This document shows positions 62,661 through 64,000 of a stretch of DNA of 64,000 bases, piece by piece. A program made the translations under genes and the position numbers. The stretch spans positions 55,676,001 to 55,740,000 of the forward strand of contig CM060732.1 of the NCBI GenBank assembly GCA_030704615.1, given 5' to 3'. This DNA is from Takakia lepidozioides. Its lineage: Eukaryota > Plantae > Bryophyta. Position 1 is the first letter of the stretch. Every line of letters begins with the position of its first letter. The notes beneath the pieces are model-generated. The model was not told the origin of the DNA and ran no database searches. It was given only the letters and a program-made list of their open reading frames with translations.

Positions 62661-64000
62661 GTCCATGCCAAGTTACTCTTAATATGCATGGGTCAGACAC
62701 CTACCTCATGACTGGACCTACCTTAAGTACCAACTGGTACCAGCATGCACAACCTGAAACACTCTTCCCCAACGAAGAATATGTGCAATCTGAGAGATTC
62801 TTTGACGACAACTTGTGCACTCTTGAACTCACACACACAAGAACTGTGGGACTCCTTATTGTGATTGCTCTAGTATAGAATCAAAAGTCTCAGAGATAGA
62901 GGTACAGACCAGTAGACTCATCTTCAGATTATGTGGTACAAGGTCCACTCTCCAACAACGTGGACCATCAACTCCAAACTTGGCAGCAACACTTCCTGAA
63001 ATCTCACTTGAGACTCTGCTGGAAGCTGGTTGGCAAACTGCAAGTTGCAACAGTGAATGTAACTGTGGATCCATCCATGATTCCATCACTCTAGTCTCTC
63101 ACCTCCAGCGCCATCCAAGGATCTGCAGAATCAGAGTCCCACACTAAGACTTAAAGAATCATTAATGCAGTGAAGTCAAAGAGGCTGAATAGGACATGGG
63201 CTGTTATTGTTACAGATAGCCCATCTCTCTACTCCCTTCAATTCCTTTATGCCTCTTTATTGTTGTCTCTGCGCCCGAGTCAAGGGTGGCCATGCACGAG
63301 CTCGGAGATGATGATGATTATTCATCCACATATATCATCCCTATTCATCTATCTGTCACCCTTTTTCCTAATTTTATTTTATTTTATTTTTCAGGAAAAT
63401 ATTGATTCGTCCAGCTGATAGGCGAATGCATCATCCACATCCTCTCCCTCTAGTGGCTCGCGTGGCCTTCCGAAAAAAAAATAAAAAAAATAAAAAAATT
63501 GAAGAACTAAACAGAAGAATAATTCTGACGTGGACGAACGAAACCCATGGACGAAACGTTTGCAATGATGCAGTTATCATCCGTTCGGACGGAAATCATC
63601 TATAAACAGCAGGACGGGGTTGGTGGCGGGTGGTAGCCCGGGTCAAACCACGGTGTCAGAAGCTTTGAATGCGCACGAACGAGTTTCATCTATCACCTGA
63701 TGAATGACGCCTCACCATTAGTGGGTACACGACCTCATCCACATCTACATCCACATCCTCACGGGAGGATGGATGTCCAAATGGATGAATGAAGCTCCAC
63801 CTGGTGACTCACTGTTACGTGACGTATTGTCAACGGAAGCTTCCGCAAAGGGAGACTTGGGGGTCAATTTACGTCCGGTGGGATGAATTTGCACAAGCCA
63901 TCCATAGGACTCGCTACTGAGACCCATAAATAAATACATTCCATAGGACTCGGAGTGGTCACCGACCCGTCGTTAACAACTAAAGTCGATGGTTCCAATA

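Noticed and set aside
62700-63130. Possible MATH/TRAF-domain pseudogene on the minus strand (FGVDGPRCWRVDLVP..GLYLYL)
   Set aside because: Similarity too weak and frameshifted to support without an HMM search.
63490-64000. DNA transposon terminus (TGGACG/ATCCAC repeats)
   Set aside because: Suggestive subterminal repeats, but no defined terminal repeat is visible before the window ends.

Overview
Eukaryotic, intron-rich, repeat-rich DNA from a non-seed land plant, most likely a bryophyte (inferred from gene content, not proven). Three host genes look intact: a multi-exon ubinuclein-like histone chaperone (minus, 19813-28386), an intronless alpha/beta-hydrolase (plus, 42547-44574) and a roughly 22-exon plant-type D-Ala-D-Ala ligase (plus, 50081-61531). 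The rest is transposon and pseudogene debris. The most notable feature is at 1-5208: a Ty3/Gypsy LTR retrotransposon whose polyprotein carries a DNMT3-like C5 cytosine methyltransferase domain in frame upstream of RT, and a C4HC3 PHD finger at the integrase C-terminus. That puts a chromatin writer and a chromatin reader in one element; this copy is disabled by stops and frameshifts. Also present: degenerate OSB-type PDF-motif + PPR gene copies, a second Gypsy element truncated by a Dualen/RandI-like LINE (RNase H + restriction-like endonuclease), two divergent copies of a GNRA-capped structured RNA element, CACTA/MITE remnants, fungal-type kinase pseudogenes, type II inositol 5-phosphatase fragments, and scrambled direct and inverted partial copies of the DDL gene. 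All calls come from reading the sequence and recalled motifs; no searches were run, and many boundaries are approximate.
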